From contig JASTWF010000363.1 of the NCBI GenBank assembly GCA_030390025.1, positions 62,001 through 126,000 on the forward strand: DNA of 64,000 bases, in the 5' to 3' direction. A program made the position numbers and the translations under genes. Each line of letters starts with the position of its first letter. Positions within the stretch are counted from its first letter, which is position 1. Below, piece after piece: positions 35,635-48,749 of the stretch. This DNA comes from Squalus acanthias. Lineage: Eukaryota. A model generated the notes under the pieces. The model was not told where the DNA came from. It saw only the letters and a program-made list of their open reading frames with translations, and searched no databases.

Positions 35635-38600
35635 TTTTTTTTTTTATTCGCTTATAGGATCTGGGCGTCGCTGGCAAGGCCAGCATTTATTACCAATCGC
35701 TAGTTGCCCTTGAGAAGGTGGCCGCCTTCTTGAACCACTGCAGTCCGTGTGGTGAAGGTACTCCCACAATGCTGTTAGGTAGGGAGTTCCAGGATTTTGA
35801 CCCAGTGACGATGATGGATCGGCGATAAACTTCTAAGTCAGGATGGTGTGTGACTTGGAGGGGAACTTGGGGGTGGTGGTGTTCCCATGCACCTGCTGCC
35901 CTTGTCCTTCTAGGTGGAAGAGATCACGGGTTTGGGAGGTGCTGCCGAAGAAGCCTTGGCGAGTTGCTACAGTGCATCTTGTAGATGGTACACTGCAGCC
36001 ACGGTACGCCGGTGGTGGAGGGAGTGAATGTTTAAGGTGGTGGATAGGGTGCCAATCAAGCGGGCTGCTTTGTCCTGGATGGTGTCGAGCTTCTTGAGTG
36101 TTGTTGCAGCTGCACTCATCCAGGCAAGTGGAGAGTATTCCATCACACTCCTTACTTGTGCCTTGTAGATGGTGGAAAGGCTTTGGGAAGTCAGGAGGTG
36201 AGACACTCGCTGTAGAATACCTAGCCTCTGACCTGCTCTTGTTGCCACAGTATTTATGTGCGAATGTTACCTTCCACTTATCAGCCCAAGCCTGAACGCC
36301 GTCCAGGTCTTGTTGCATGCGGGCATGGACTGCTTCATTATCTGAGGAGTTGTGAATGGCGCTGAACACTGTGCAGTCATCAGCGAACATCCCCATTTCT
36401 GACCTTATGTTGGAGGGAAGGTCATTGATGAAGCAGCTGAAGATGGTTGGTCCTAGGACACTGCCCTAATGAACTCCTGCAGCGATGTCCTGGGGCTGTG
36501 ATGATTGACCTTCAATCACCACAACCATCTTCCTTTGTGCTAGGTATGACTCCAGCCAGTGGAGCATTTTCCCCCTGATTCCCATTGACTTCAGTTTTAC
36601 AAGGATTCCTTGATGCCACACTCGGTCAAATGCTGCCTTGATGTCAAGGGCAGTCACTCTCACCTCACCTCTGGAATTCAGCTTCTTCGTCCATGTTTGG
36701 ACCAAGGCTGTAATGAGGTCGGGAGCCGAGTGGTCTTGGCGGAACCCAAACTGAGCATCAGTGAGCAGGTTATTGGTGAGTAAGTGCCGCTTGGTAGCAC
36801 TGTCGATGACACCTTCCATCACTTTGCTGATGATTGAGAGTAGACTGTTGGGGCGGTAATTGGCTGGATTGGATTTGTCCTGCTTTTTGTGGACAGGACA
36901 TACCTGGGCAGTTTTCCACATTGTCGGATAGATGCCAGTGTTGTAGCTGTACTGGATCAGCTTGGTTAGAGGCGTGGCTAGTTCTGGAGCACAAGTCTTC
37001 AGCACAATAGCCGGGATCCATAGCCTTTGCTGTATCCAGTGCGCTCAGCTGTTTCTTGATATCATGTGGAGTGAATTAAATTGGCTGAAGACTGGCTTCT
37101 GTGATGGTGGGGACCTCAGGAGTAGGCCGATATGAATCATCCACTCGGCACTTCTGGCTGAAGATGGTTGCAAACGCTTCAGCCTTGTCATTTGCACTCA
37201 TGTGCTGAGCTCCACCATCATTGAGGATGGGGATATTCATGGAGCCTCCTCCTCCCGTTAGTTGTTTAATGGTCCACCACCATTCACGACTGGATGTGGC
37301 AGGACTGCAGATCTCTGATCTGATCCGTTGATTGTGGGATGACTTAGCCCTGTCTATAGCGTGCTGCTTCCTCTTTTTAGCATGCATGTAGTCCTGTGTT
37401 GCAGCTTCCCCAGGTTGGCACTGCATTTTTAGGTATGCCTGGTGCTGCTCCCGGCATGCTCTTTTACACTCCTTATTGAACTAGGGTTGGTCCCCTGGCT
37501 TGGTGGTAATGGTAGAGTGAGGGATATGCCGGTCCATGAGGTTACAGATTGTGGTGAAATACAATTCTGCTGCTGCTGATGGCCCACAGCGCCTCATGGA
37601 TGCCCAGTTTTGAGCTGCTAGATCTGTTCTGAATCTATCCTATTTAGCACAGTGGTAGTGCCACACAACACGATGGAGGGTGTCTTCAGTGAGAAGACGG
37701 GACTTCGTCTCCACAATGACTGTGCGGTGGTCACTGCTACCAATGTTGTCATGGACAGATGCATCTGTGAGGACGAGGTCAAGTAGGTTTTTCCCCTCGT
37801 GTTGCTTCTCTCACCACCTGTCGCAGGCCCAGACTCGCAGTTATGTCCTTCAGGACTCGGCCAGCTCGGTCAGTAGTGGTGCTACCGAGCCACTCTTGGT
37901 GATGGACATTGAAGTCCCCCACCCAGAGTACATTCCGTGCCCTTGCTACTCGCAATGCTTCTTCCAAGTGGTGTTCAACATGGAGGAGTACTGATTCATC
38001 AGCTGAGGGAGGGCGGTAGGTGGTAATCAGCAGGAGGTTTCCTTGCCCATGCTTGACCTGAAGCCATGAGACTTCATCGGGTCCGGAGTCAATGTTGGGG
38101 ACTCCCATGGCCACTCCCTCCTGACTGTATACCACTGTGCCACCACCCCTGGTGGGCCTGTCCTGCTGGTGGGACAGGACATAACCAGGGATGGTGATGG
38201 AGGAGTTTGGGACATTGGCTGAAAGGTATGATTCTGTGAGTATGACTATGTCAGGCTGTTGCTTGACAAGTCTGTGCGACAGCTCTCCCAATTTTGGCAC
38301 AAGTCCCCAGATGTTGGTGAGAAAGACTTTGCAGGGTTGACTGGGCTGGGTGTGCCGTTGCTGTGGTCATTCTATTATGTTTCGTAGTGGTTAGTTACAA
38401 CTGACTGACTTGCTAGGCCATTTCAGAGGGGCAGTTAAGAGTCAACCACATTGCTGTGGGTCTGGAGTCACATATAGGCCAGACCAGGTAAGGACAGCAG
38501 ATTTCCTTCCCTGAAGGACTTTAGTGAACCAGATGGGTTTTTACGACAATCCGAGAGTTTCATGGTTACCATTACTGATACTAGCTTTTTATTCCAGATT

Positions 38601-38724
38601 TATTGAATTGACAGAATTTAAATTCCCCAGCTGCCGTGGTGGGATTTGAACTCACGTCTCTGGATCATTAGTCCAGGCCTCTGGAATACTAGCCCAGTGA
38701 CATTACCACTACGCTACCGTTCCC
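35635..38724 (-). mobile_element. CR1-group LINE with tRNA-SINE-like 5' end and no ORF1; ORF2 decayed
   Basis: Pol III box A/B head at 38641-38724; EN start TNIWGL..IVILTESYL, YRPPS, VGDFNVHH; RT LDIKAAFD, FADD; poly(A) tail near 35635. Confidence 0.88.
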
Positions 38725-39133
38725 AATTATTATCGGACTTTTAAATGAGGCTCCGTGCAGCAGATATTCCATGAATGGAGTGCTGCCAGGGTTACTGGAC
38801 CAACTGGGAGCTTCCTTCGTGGCCTTGCTGAATACACTGTGATTAACAGCAGGCTATTGTTCACAAATAGGCTTCAGTCTGACTTATAGTAACACTTGTC
38901 TCCAGTTCCAAAGCAGCAAGTCTAAATCCCAGTCTGGGCTGTAGTTGAAAGTTCAGTTCTGCCTTCCCGTATTTTGCAATTTGGGGTTTTCATTCGACTG
39001 AGCACTGTGCATCACCAGAGTACGTCCTCTTGCGGAAAAGCTTGTTTACATGGGGTCAGTCCCAGCTGACAGAAACTCCAGCTAAGAATTGATCATAAGG
39101 GAATCCTAGTAATTCCACAATTGCTACCATTAA

Positions 39134-39322
<189 letters not shown>

Positions 39323-39479
39323 TAGAGAATTATGTGACCAGCTCATCAGACTCCGATTCGAATGAATGAAACCCCAGATCCCCGTTGCTCACCACATCCC
39401 CATCAGACCATCTCTGTCTCACGGAATATCACAGCGTCATCCTGGGCACCAAGCTGAAATGAAAGACAACACAAAAGAT

Positions 39480-41764
39480 TCCAAACAAAATGAATAAATT
39501 TATTACAAATCAATTCACACATATTTACTGAAAAATGTTAATTAATCACCCTTGTGTAATCCCTTAGTGCCTGTCTTTCGTGTGGCTTTTCCTAATCTAG
39601 TGCTCCTACGAAGTGCTTCCCCAGTGACTGCAGCATGGCTGGTGGAAGACTGCTGAGTTTCTGTGCTGGAGACTTCAGATGAGCTTGCAGGATGACCTCG
39701 AGCAGCTCTGGCCCTAGAATGCCCGGCTGTAGACTGCACCATCTCGGCATGGGCGGCAGCAGTCTGGGCTGGCTAGCTGACAGACAGCAGCAAGGTCAAT
39801 GGCGAAGTGGCAGAGGTGGGAACAGGAACAGGAATATTGTCCTGCTCCACTGCCCGGGGTGGCGCCTCAGCATTCCTAGCAATCTGTTGGAGCACAGATT
39901 GCTGGCCTGCTGCGACACCCTGAAAGCCTCGGTCGACGGTGGTAAACCCAGCCACGATGGCAGGAGTCCGAGCTTGGGTGGCTTCAAGCTGAGACTGCAT
40001 GAGAGCACTCAGAGCTTCTGCTGCAGAACTAAGACGTTGGGTCGCTTCCGCCTGTGCTACAATGGAAGCTGCGACATCGCCCATCTTGCGCACCATCACG
40101 TCTGGGTCGCCATGGTCTCTTTGGGAGTGCACCATCATTTCCAGGCTGGAAATCGTGGGCTCCACCCTCTGCGCAGAGCCCCATTCAATGTTGGAGGCGG
40201 ACTCCTCCACGCTCCTTGACATTGCCGAGAGGCTCTCTGGCAGGCTTGCCAATGCACCCATCAATTCTGTGCACCTGCCCAACACCCTTTTCTGAAGGCC
40301 TCCCCATCAAGGTCCTCATCTGAGACCTGTGCAGCAGAACTCGCCCTCCGGGGAGCTGGCCCCCGAGCTACCCTTTCCCCGTGGCCTTGCTCGTGTCCGA
40401 TGCCTCAGCCTCTAAAGTTCACATCGTGCCATTTTCTGAGCTGGTGTCTGTGAGTGAGATGCAGTGACACGGTGTCTTCTTCCTCCTCTTCTTCTTTTCC
40501 CCCCTCGCTCTCTGCGATGACCTCGGGGATAGGCTGTTCGGGTATTTGTTGATTATCTGAAAGCAGAAAGGCACAAGAGTCGGATTATAGTGAGGGGAGT
40601 TGCGGGGTGGGGGACGGCGGCGGAAGCCAGAAATGTATCCAAACATCATGAGTAGCTTGTTAGTGAGAAGATTGTGGGCTGATGTGGAAGTGGGATGTGA
40701 GAAGAAGGATTAGGAATGAACCTACTGTTGTTGTCTCCAAGGTGATCAACCTCACCGGTTGCCATGGTGTTGACCACATACCACCCAATTATCTGGAGTA
40801 CCTGCTCCTCCAGCTGGCTGAAGTCCTGCGCGTCCACCTGGCCCCCGCCTGTCTGCTGCTGCTCCCGAGGATTATGTGCCAGCTTGGCCTGCAGGAAAAA
40901 GAGAAGTGTGTGAGTGAGTTTAGTGCAATGTGTTTGGGCTATGTGCCTGCCATGGTTGAATAGCTGTCAGTGTGTGCAAGGTGTGAGATGTGGGTGTGAG
41001 TGCTGCAGTAGTGGTAAGCTGAGGGTGAAGTGAAGCTCTGATTGTGAGGTGTGAGTGAGGATAGGTAGAGATTGTTGGTAGGTGAGTGCTGGGGGTATGG
41101 TGCATTGAGCAGTGTGTGAGGCTTGTGGTGCAGGTGGTGGTATGTGGCATTTGCTGAAGCCTTCACACACCTTGACCGCCCCTGTGAGGTCATTAAACTT
41201 CTTCCAGCACTGGATGGCGGTCCTGTGGAGCACAGTGCTGGCCGTCACATGGTCTGCAATCTCCTGCCACATCGTTTGGAACTTATAGGGCAAAGGCTTC
41301 CTGCCAGTTTGCGGGTAGAGGTCAGCCCGCCTTTTCTCCCCAGCGACTATGCGTGCCGCCAGAGCTTCATCGGAGAACCTCTGGGATCTCTCCTTGGTGC
41401 AACGATCTGCCTTGTGTACAGAACTCTTGCTTGTCCTTGAGCTGCTTCTTCTTTTGGTTGTTGGGACTTTTGCAAACCCAACTGCCCTGACAATGAGGTG
41501 CTATAGCATCAATGCAACTCCCCTTTAAGTAGTGGAAAAAGCCTGTGCCAAACATGACTGATTTAGACTGGCCCTGATATTGGTCCACCTGTTCAGCGTT
41601 AAGCCAATGAGCAGCAGTTTTGGCACGGAAATCATGACTGCAATCATATTCCTGAAGAGTGATCACGAATTTTGCGTGCTACCTGGACCATTTTCAGGTG
41701 GCGCAGCTTAACATCGTTTGGCCTTAACACTGCCCATTTAGTGGCTATATCCAATTTCTAGGCC
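39480..41764 (-). mobile_element. Partial Harbinger transposon carrying a spliced Myb/SANT-like gene (decayed)
   Basis: Exon ~41415-41171 ERSQRFSDEAL...WQEIADHV...QCWKKFNDL; exon 40888-40726 AKLAHN..EQQQTGGG; exon from 40556 with acidic then coiled-coil-like sequence; TIR-like end CCAATTTCTAGGCC at 41751-41764. Confidence 0.8.
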
Positions 41765-42230
41765 TTTATTCCTGCCACTTACAACTGGAGCTGCTATTGC
41801 ATTACCATTTGGAAAGGTAATTCTACGACCCAACCTTATAACACAACCTGCCTGCATTATGCATATTTATTTACTCAAGCACAAGCTGAGATACAGGTGC
41901 ACACTTGAGTCTTGCTCTTTAGGTGCTCTTCAAAAACTTCCAACATCTCAACAATACTTTTTACTTGTAGGACAAGGCACTGCTTAGTAGGAAGGTGCAA
42001 CCCTGAACTGCTCCCTAATTTTAGACTTTGCGTCCATTTGAACAGATTATACTTGATATCCTGGTGCCTAAGAACATAGAGAGAGGGTCAAGATGAAGCG
42101 GAGGCCGTTGTGAAGCTCTGAGCTAGTACAATCCTTTGCCTGTTGTTTCACTTGCGTGCACGCACACACAATCTTATTATTAATTTGAGAACTAAAAATT
42201 CCTGACATTGAAGGAGAAATTAAACTCTTA

Positions 42231-43745
42231 GGCCTAAAATTTCCAGTGCGCCAAAAACCTGCTGGTGCCACCACAGGCCGCAGTTAACGGCTGCCGAATT
42301 AAGAATGCAGATCAATGCAGCCTGGTTGCACATTGCACAGGAGGTCAAAAGCAGGGATGTGGTCGGGAGTACCAGACTGCAGTGGCGCAAAACTTTCAAT
42401 GATCTCAGTAGATCATGAAACGTTACTGCCAAGCCACACTAAGCCTCATCCTGCTGTGCCACTCATCACATCCACATCACTCTGCCTTCCCTACCCTACT
42501 CCTGCACATCCTTACTCACACCAACTTACCTTGCACCTCCACCCATCCCTCTCTATCTACATTATCACCTCCCCATCTCACTAGCCACCCCTCATACTCA
42601 CCCTCATCCTAGTGCAATCATACCAACTAACAACACACATGGGTAGGCACTTGGATGTTTTAGCCAATGTTCACGTGAAGTTTCCGTTAATGTGCTGTCA
42701 AACATTGAAACCTTTATTTTTAACACTTTGCGTTCTTGGACAGATTTGTGTGTAGCTTTGGAAGTGGCTTAGTGAGTTGCAGTGAATGGTGAGTCGTCAT
42801 GGTACCCCCCCCCCCGGCCCCGCCCCGCCCCGCACTGGTGATGAGCGTGAAAGGAATGGCTTGGTCATTGTAGGGATGCTTTATGGTGTTGGTGTGGGGT
42901 GGTGCCAACCTGGCGCATCATCCGGTATTTTGGTGCTGCCTGCTGTTTAACATTAACGCAGCACTAAATGTTCAGTGCAATGCTGGTTTATGGGCACTAC
43001 TCTCAGCTGCAGCCCAATGTAATGTGGCTGTAGTGTCCCTGGAGCAAGAACAGCATTAACTTAAAGCTAGCCTGTCATTTTAGAAAACAGTGTCAGTCAC
43101 TTAAAGGGGAACTGCCTTCTAAAATGAAGAAAACAAATATCGTTTAAAAATAGTCAGTTTTTAGCCCTTAGAGCTCACCTGCCTTCTGAAAAACAATTAA
43201 ACATTAAAAAGAATTCCCAAATGGCAGTCTTCAGCTCTTAAAACTGAATTGCCTTCCGCACCTAAAATAAAAATGGCAATAGTGCTTCAGCACTAACACA
43301 AATGGTTCAGCAAGCCATGGATAGGGTCACCCAGGGTCTCACACACAGCACTCCAGCTTTGTGCATGGGGTCAACACTACAAGAGAGGTCCTCTACCCAC
43401 AGGGGCCAGGAGGCCCTCCAGAAAGAAGGACGTGGGGCCAGATCACCGTTGCTATCACTGCCAGCAGTGTTGCCCCTAGGACCTGGCTCCAGTGCCCAAA
43501 GAAGCTTCATGACCTCAGACTAGTGGTCAAGATCAGTGAATGTATCTTCAAAAGCCGTCACCTTCCAACTGCACCACTAGCCTTGCATACTGCTCATTGC
43601 ACGACCCCCCTGCCATCCCCCCCAATCACTCACCTACCAATAATCTCTACCAAACAGGAGGCACACCTCCCACTCCTGGCTTCACTTCACCCCCCTTGGA
43701 GGAGCTGGTGCTCGCCATTCTTGGCAGGGGCATGGCCATATATGT
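42231..43745 (+). mobile_element. Harbinger-derived remnants with Myb-like fragments
   Basis: TIR-like start GGCCTAAAATTTCC; AWLHIAQEVKS...QWRKTFNDL (~42317-42405); TWGQITVAITASSVAPRTWLQCPKKLHDL (43361 ORF); 42520-42920 resembles the interior of the 21688 MITE. Confidence 0.65.
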
Positions 43746-44439
43746 AAAACCAATGGTGAAAGTGACCAATTTTCTCTACTCTGTAACTGTAATAAACAAT
43801 ATTTTGTATGATTGAAATCACATTGTCTCTCTAAGGTCAGTGATTCGAGGGCAATGCTGTTATTGTTAAAGAAGGTGGTAACTTGGCAATGATGTTAGTG
43901 TTAGAGGAAATGGTAAACTGGGGGACAGTGCTGTGAAGGAAGGTTGCAACAGGAACCAGATGGTAACTCAATGAATGTTACTTATTTACCGTGAAACATT
44001 CTCCATCTTTCTCAGGCCTTTTTTAAAAAATAGTTTAAAATTTTATGGCCTAGATATTCGGGGGTTTAGCGCTGGCCATCAAGCCCGTTTTGAAGGAAAA
44101 ATGGCGGCCACTTGCTTCCGGCGGGTCCCACTGGCAGCCGCCATTTTGGGCAGGTCGGCAGCGCTGCCGATGCCTGTGCTTGCTGTAGATATTTAGATTA
44201 GGTAGATTGTGATGTCAGTGAGCGTGCAACGATCATTTGACCCTTGATCAGCCATTTTCGTGTTCGCCGCTCCACTCACCGACCTGTGTTAATCACGACC
44301 AGCTGACCAAGTGTTCACTAGCAGGAAGGAGCCTCCAGCAGCACTAGTTAAAGGGATCATCATCAACAACTTGCCATGGTTTTCAGTTTGACTGGCTCTG
44401 TGTAACTTTCTGCAACTCTTGCAGCTTTCTAAACGTTTT

Positions 44440-45395
44440 ATAAGAACATAAGAGCATAGCAAGAAATAGGAGCAGGAGTAGGCCATTCAGTAATATCATG
44501 GCTGATCTTCTACCTCATCTCCACTTTCCTGCACTATCCCCATATCCCTTGATTCCCTTAATATTCAAAAATCTATCGATCTCAGTCTTGAATATACTCA
44601 ATGACTGAGCCTCCACAGCCCTCTGGGGTAGAGAATTCCAAAGATGCACCACCCTCTGAGTGAAGAAATTTCCCCTCATCTCAGTCCTAAATGGCTGACC
44701 CTTTATTATGAGACAGTGGCCCCTGGCTCTAGACTCCCCAGCCAGGGGAAACATCCTCCCTGCATCTACCCTGTCAATACCCCTCAGAAGTTTGTATGTT
44801 TCAATGAGATCACTTCTCATTCTTCTAAACTCTAGAGAATATAGGCCTAGTCTACTCAATCTGTCCTCATAGGACAATCCCCCCATCCCAGGAACCAGTC
44901 TGGTGAACCTTCGTTGCACTCCCTCTATGGCAAGTATATCCTTCCTTACGTAAGGAGACCAAAACTGTACACAGAACTGTAGATGTGACATCACCAAGGC
45001 TCTATATAATTGTAGCAAGACTTCTTTACTCTTATACTCCAATCCCTTTGTAATAAAGGCTAACATACCATTTGCTTTCCTAATTGCTTGCTGTACCTGC
45101 ATGTTAACTTTCTGTGATTCGTGTACAAGGACTCCCAGGTCCCTCTGATTATCAACATTTCCTAGTTTCTCATTTAAAAAAATATATTCTGCTTTTCTAG
45201 TTTTCCTACTAAAGTGGATAACTTTACATTTCTCCACATTATATTCCATTTGCCACATTCTTGCCCATTCACTTAACTTGTCTATATCCCTTTGCATCTC
45301 TTTGTGACCTCCTCACAGCTTACTTTCCCACCTAGCTTTGTATCATCAGCAAACTTGGATACATTACAATTGGTCTCCTCATCTAAATCATTGAT
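44440..45395 (-). mobile_element. CR1 LINE 3' portion
   Basis: ORF 44515-45297: WQMEYNVEKC, QRDLGVLV, CVQFWSP, FFTQRVVHLWNSLP; CR1 tail repeats. Confidence 0.92.
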
Positions 45396-45521
45396 TTAAT
45401 TATTCTTTTGCTCTGCTTCCCTTTTACCATCTCATTTCTCACACCTCTTTGTTGCCTATCGAACAACACATGTCTCTGTTTGACTTCCTGTCCTATCCTC
45501 CCTCCTCCCTTTCTCTCTCAG

Positions 45522-45693
45522 TGATGGGGCAGGTGGTCATAAACGGACTAGAGCTGCTTGGCGCAAGACGCTCTGTTTTGCTGGATAAAGATCTGGATGC
45601 TGCGATCAAGAGGATGATTGGACTTTCAAAGACACAAGAGATCACTGAGCGGGAACGTCTCCACGTGGAGGCACTGGACATGTTTGCAAAAGG
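45522..45693 (+). CDS. TTC38: TTC38-like copy B, exon 4
   Basis: AG/GTAAGG, 172 nt; VMGQVVINGLELLGARRSVLLDKDLDAAIKRMIGLSKTQEITERERLHVEALDMFAKG. Confidence 0.95.
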
Positions 45694-46147
45694 GTAAGGA
45701 GAGTTACCTCAAGACATGCTTTCTATCTATAGCTACAGTGAGGGTTTTTTTAGTGACTAACCGTTATTAGCACTCAACCTACATTAGTTCTGATCATTCA
45801 AAGGGCTAATTGACTTCGTATGGAAAGCGATTTTGGTATAGGTATACAGTCCCACCACTTATACCGCCCACGCTTATGGTGGACAATCATCTACACCGGG
45901 CAATTTCCCATAACCATTCCCATCACTATAGCAATCAATGATAAAGGCACTGCTTACAAAGTATCAAGTGTTATTCAGGTAATTCGGTAAGCTTATTGCA
46001 CCTCGTTAAAGTGTGATTACGTTAATCCTCCCTACATACTTTTTTAAAACTTTGCTGAATTCAGGGAAATTGAAATGTTAATTAAATGTCTTTCAGCTTG
46101 TACTGCTAACGATTCACCTGGTATGTAGAAGCTGAGTGCATCATTAC

Positions 46148-46425
46148 TACAACAACAACATGCATTCATATAGCACATTTAACGTAGTAAAACGTCCCAA
46201 GGCGCTTCACAGGAGCGTTATCAAACAAAATTTGACACTGAGCCACATAAGTAGATATTAGGGCAGATGACCAAAAGCTTGGTCAAAGAGGTAGGTCTTA
46301 AGGAGCTTCTTAAAGTAGAGAGAGGTAGAGAGGCAGAGAGGTTTGAAAACAAGGATGAAATTTTAAAATTGAGGTGTTGCCAGACTGGGAGCCAATGTAG
46401 GACAGCGAGCAGAGGGGTGATGGGT
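46148..46425 (-). mobile_element. L2-type LINE 3' fragment
   Basis: Similar to 7958-8350; PITPLLAVLHWLPV peptide. Confidence 0.75.
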
Positions 46426-47305
46426 AATGTTCCCTGTAATTTTTTTTGATGCTGGGTGGCATCTTTAAGGGGCTGCGCAGTCCATTCAAAATACCGCACA
46501 TGCGCAGTTTTTACATTGAAAAGCCGGCAAAGTGTGAGGGGAATTTTTGAGTTCCCTGTAAATCAGGCGGTTGTTTGGAATTTTCATCATATGACCAGCT
46601 GCCCCATCCAGTCAAACAGCCTTTTTCCCATTTCCAATATTTTTATAACTAATAAACAAGCGCTCAAAGAAAATGCAAAAAACACTTTTTCTGAATGCCC
46701 GTATGATTTTTCTCCTGGGTTACTCGTAGCATTGTCCAGCAGATTAATTGTTCATTCCTGGAAACTCCAGGATGATCCGATAGGGTTGGTAACCCTGGGC
46801 TGCAGCAGGGGATTGACGGATATGGGCAGCTCGGAATGGGACAGAGGAGCTGCCACATCACCCCCTACTGGATGGAGGCCAGAATTAGGATTGCTGATTA
46901 CATCGAATGCACAGCACAGAAATAAGCTGTTCAGCCCAATTGGTCCTTGCCAGTGTTTATGTTCCACACGAGTCTCCTCCCACCCCTCTTCATATAACCC
47001 TATCAGCATAACCTTCTATTCCTTTCTCCCTCATGTGTTTATCTAGCTTCCCCTTGTTGACATGGGGAATTCCATTATGAGCGTTGACCTTGAAATGTTG
47101 ATATCGAATGTTACTCAGTTACTCAAAAATGACAACAAGAAGAAATGGTTTTGGGACAGTAAATAAATACCATTTGTAAGACATTTAATATATTATAGAT
47201 ATAAATATATATAAATATATATGTAATTGTCAACTGACTGACTTATTTTCCATGGTGTACCCGGCAAAGCCATAAAAAATCTACTACGGAGCACACCATA
47301 CCCTC

Positions 47306-47414
47306 GGGGTGAATTTCTGAGAGGGTTCTCCCGTTCATCCACTGTAACTGGTGAAAGAGCTGTGAAAACCCCGGAAAAACAGGGAGCAAGGGAACCCCGC
47401 GTAAATTCACCCCC
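47306..47414. mobile_element. Short MITE
   Basis: TIR GGGGTGAATTT / AAATTCACCCC. Confidence 0.6.
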
Positions 47415-47611
47415 ACTGTTCCGATATTCAGCTGAAGGAGGGATGTAGAGTCAAAATCATGTGATCTCCGTAAAATGTGAAAATTAGCAAGTCTGTCCAG
47501 TTTCAGGTGGAAAACTGTTCAAAATCTGATTCAAAACGCATTTAGCATCTTGAATTCATCAAGAAAAATAATTTATACACTTCGATGAGGTTCATACTAA
47601 CATTCTTTTGA

Positions 47612-47794
<183 letters not shown>

Positions 47795-48164
47795 TAGGTA
47801 CTCCGTCTTAGTATCAGAAAATACCGTCAGAAAATATGCCACCAGCAATTTTTTAGTAGCTCCTCAATCATGTGGCTTGATTAAGTGGGGAGGAAGGATA
47901 TAAATAAGCCTCCACAATCAGTGATGCTGGATTTGAAATTCAGTAACTTGCTCTTTGGCCTTCCCCAGAGGTAGATGTGCTTTTGATTAGCCTTGTTGTT
48001 CCACAGCTGTCGTCAGTATCGCCACAAGGAAGTCTATCAATCACACCATCATATGGTTTCCATCAAAGCTGTTTCCAAGTCCATCAAGTCACTACTGTCT
48101 GTACTGTAGTTGATGGTTCATCTTCTAACTTTTAATTAACTTGGGGTCTCCTCAGGCTCCAGTA

Positions 48165-48388
48165 CAAAAAGCAAAATACTGCAGGTGCTGGGAATCCTGA
48201 AATGAAAACAAAACTATTAGAAACACTCAGCAGGTCAGGCAGCATCTGTGGAGAAAGGAAGGTATAGGGTTAACATTTTCAGCCGTTTTGACAAAGTGTC
48301 AGTGACCTGAAACGTTAACCTTTCCTTCCTTTCTCCACAGATGCTGCCTGACCTGCTGAGTGTTTCCAACATTTTCTTTTTTCATCAG
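48165..48388. mobile_element. Solo palindromic Penelope terminal repeat
   Basis: 43-bp perfect inverted arms 48220-48262 / 48324-48366 around a degenerate hammerhead core (TTGACAA...GACCTGAAACGTTAAC). Confidence 0.8.
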
Positions 48389-48749
48389 GATCTGTCCTCT
48401 TTCCATTCAGCCCTCGAGTGGAACAGGCTTGGGGGGCTGAATGGCCTTGCCCTGTTCCTATGTTCCCATTTTCTTCCTTCGTCACATCAATGACCTCCTC
48501 CATTCATCATCCAACATGGCACAAATTTGAATTGCTTTGCTTTGTTTTGTTTTTAACTGAAGAAGTAGATGGTTATTTTGATCTTAGATCCCATTGGTTT
48601 GCAGATTTAAAATGCAGTAAACAGAAATGTTTTTTCTTATCTGAAATTGACATTGCCTCATAGAGGCCCAGTTTTGACCTGCTAGTTCTATTCTTAATCT
48701 GTCTCACTTGGTGATGCCGCATGACATGATGGAGGATGTCCTTTGTGTA

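Noticed and set aside
38620..38724. tRNA gene on the minus strand
   Set aside because: Expanded A-B spacing and continuity with a retroelement; treated as a tRNA-derived head.
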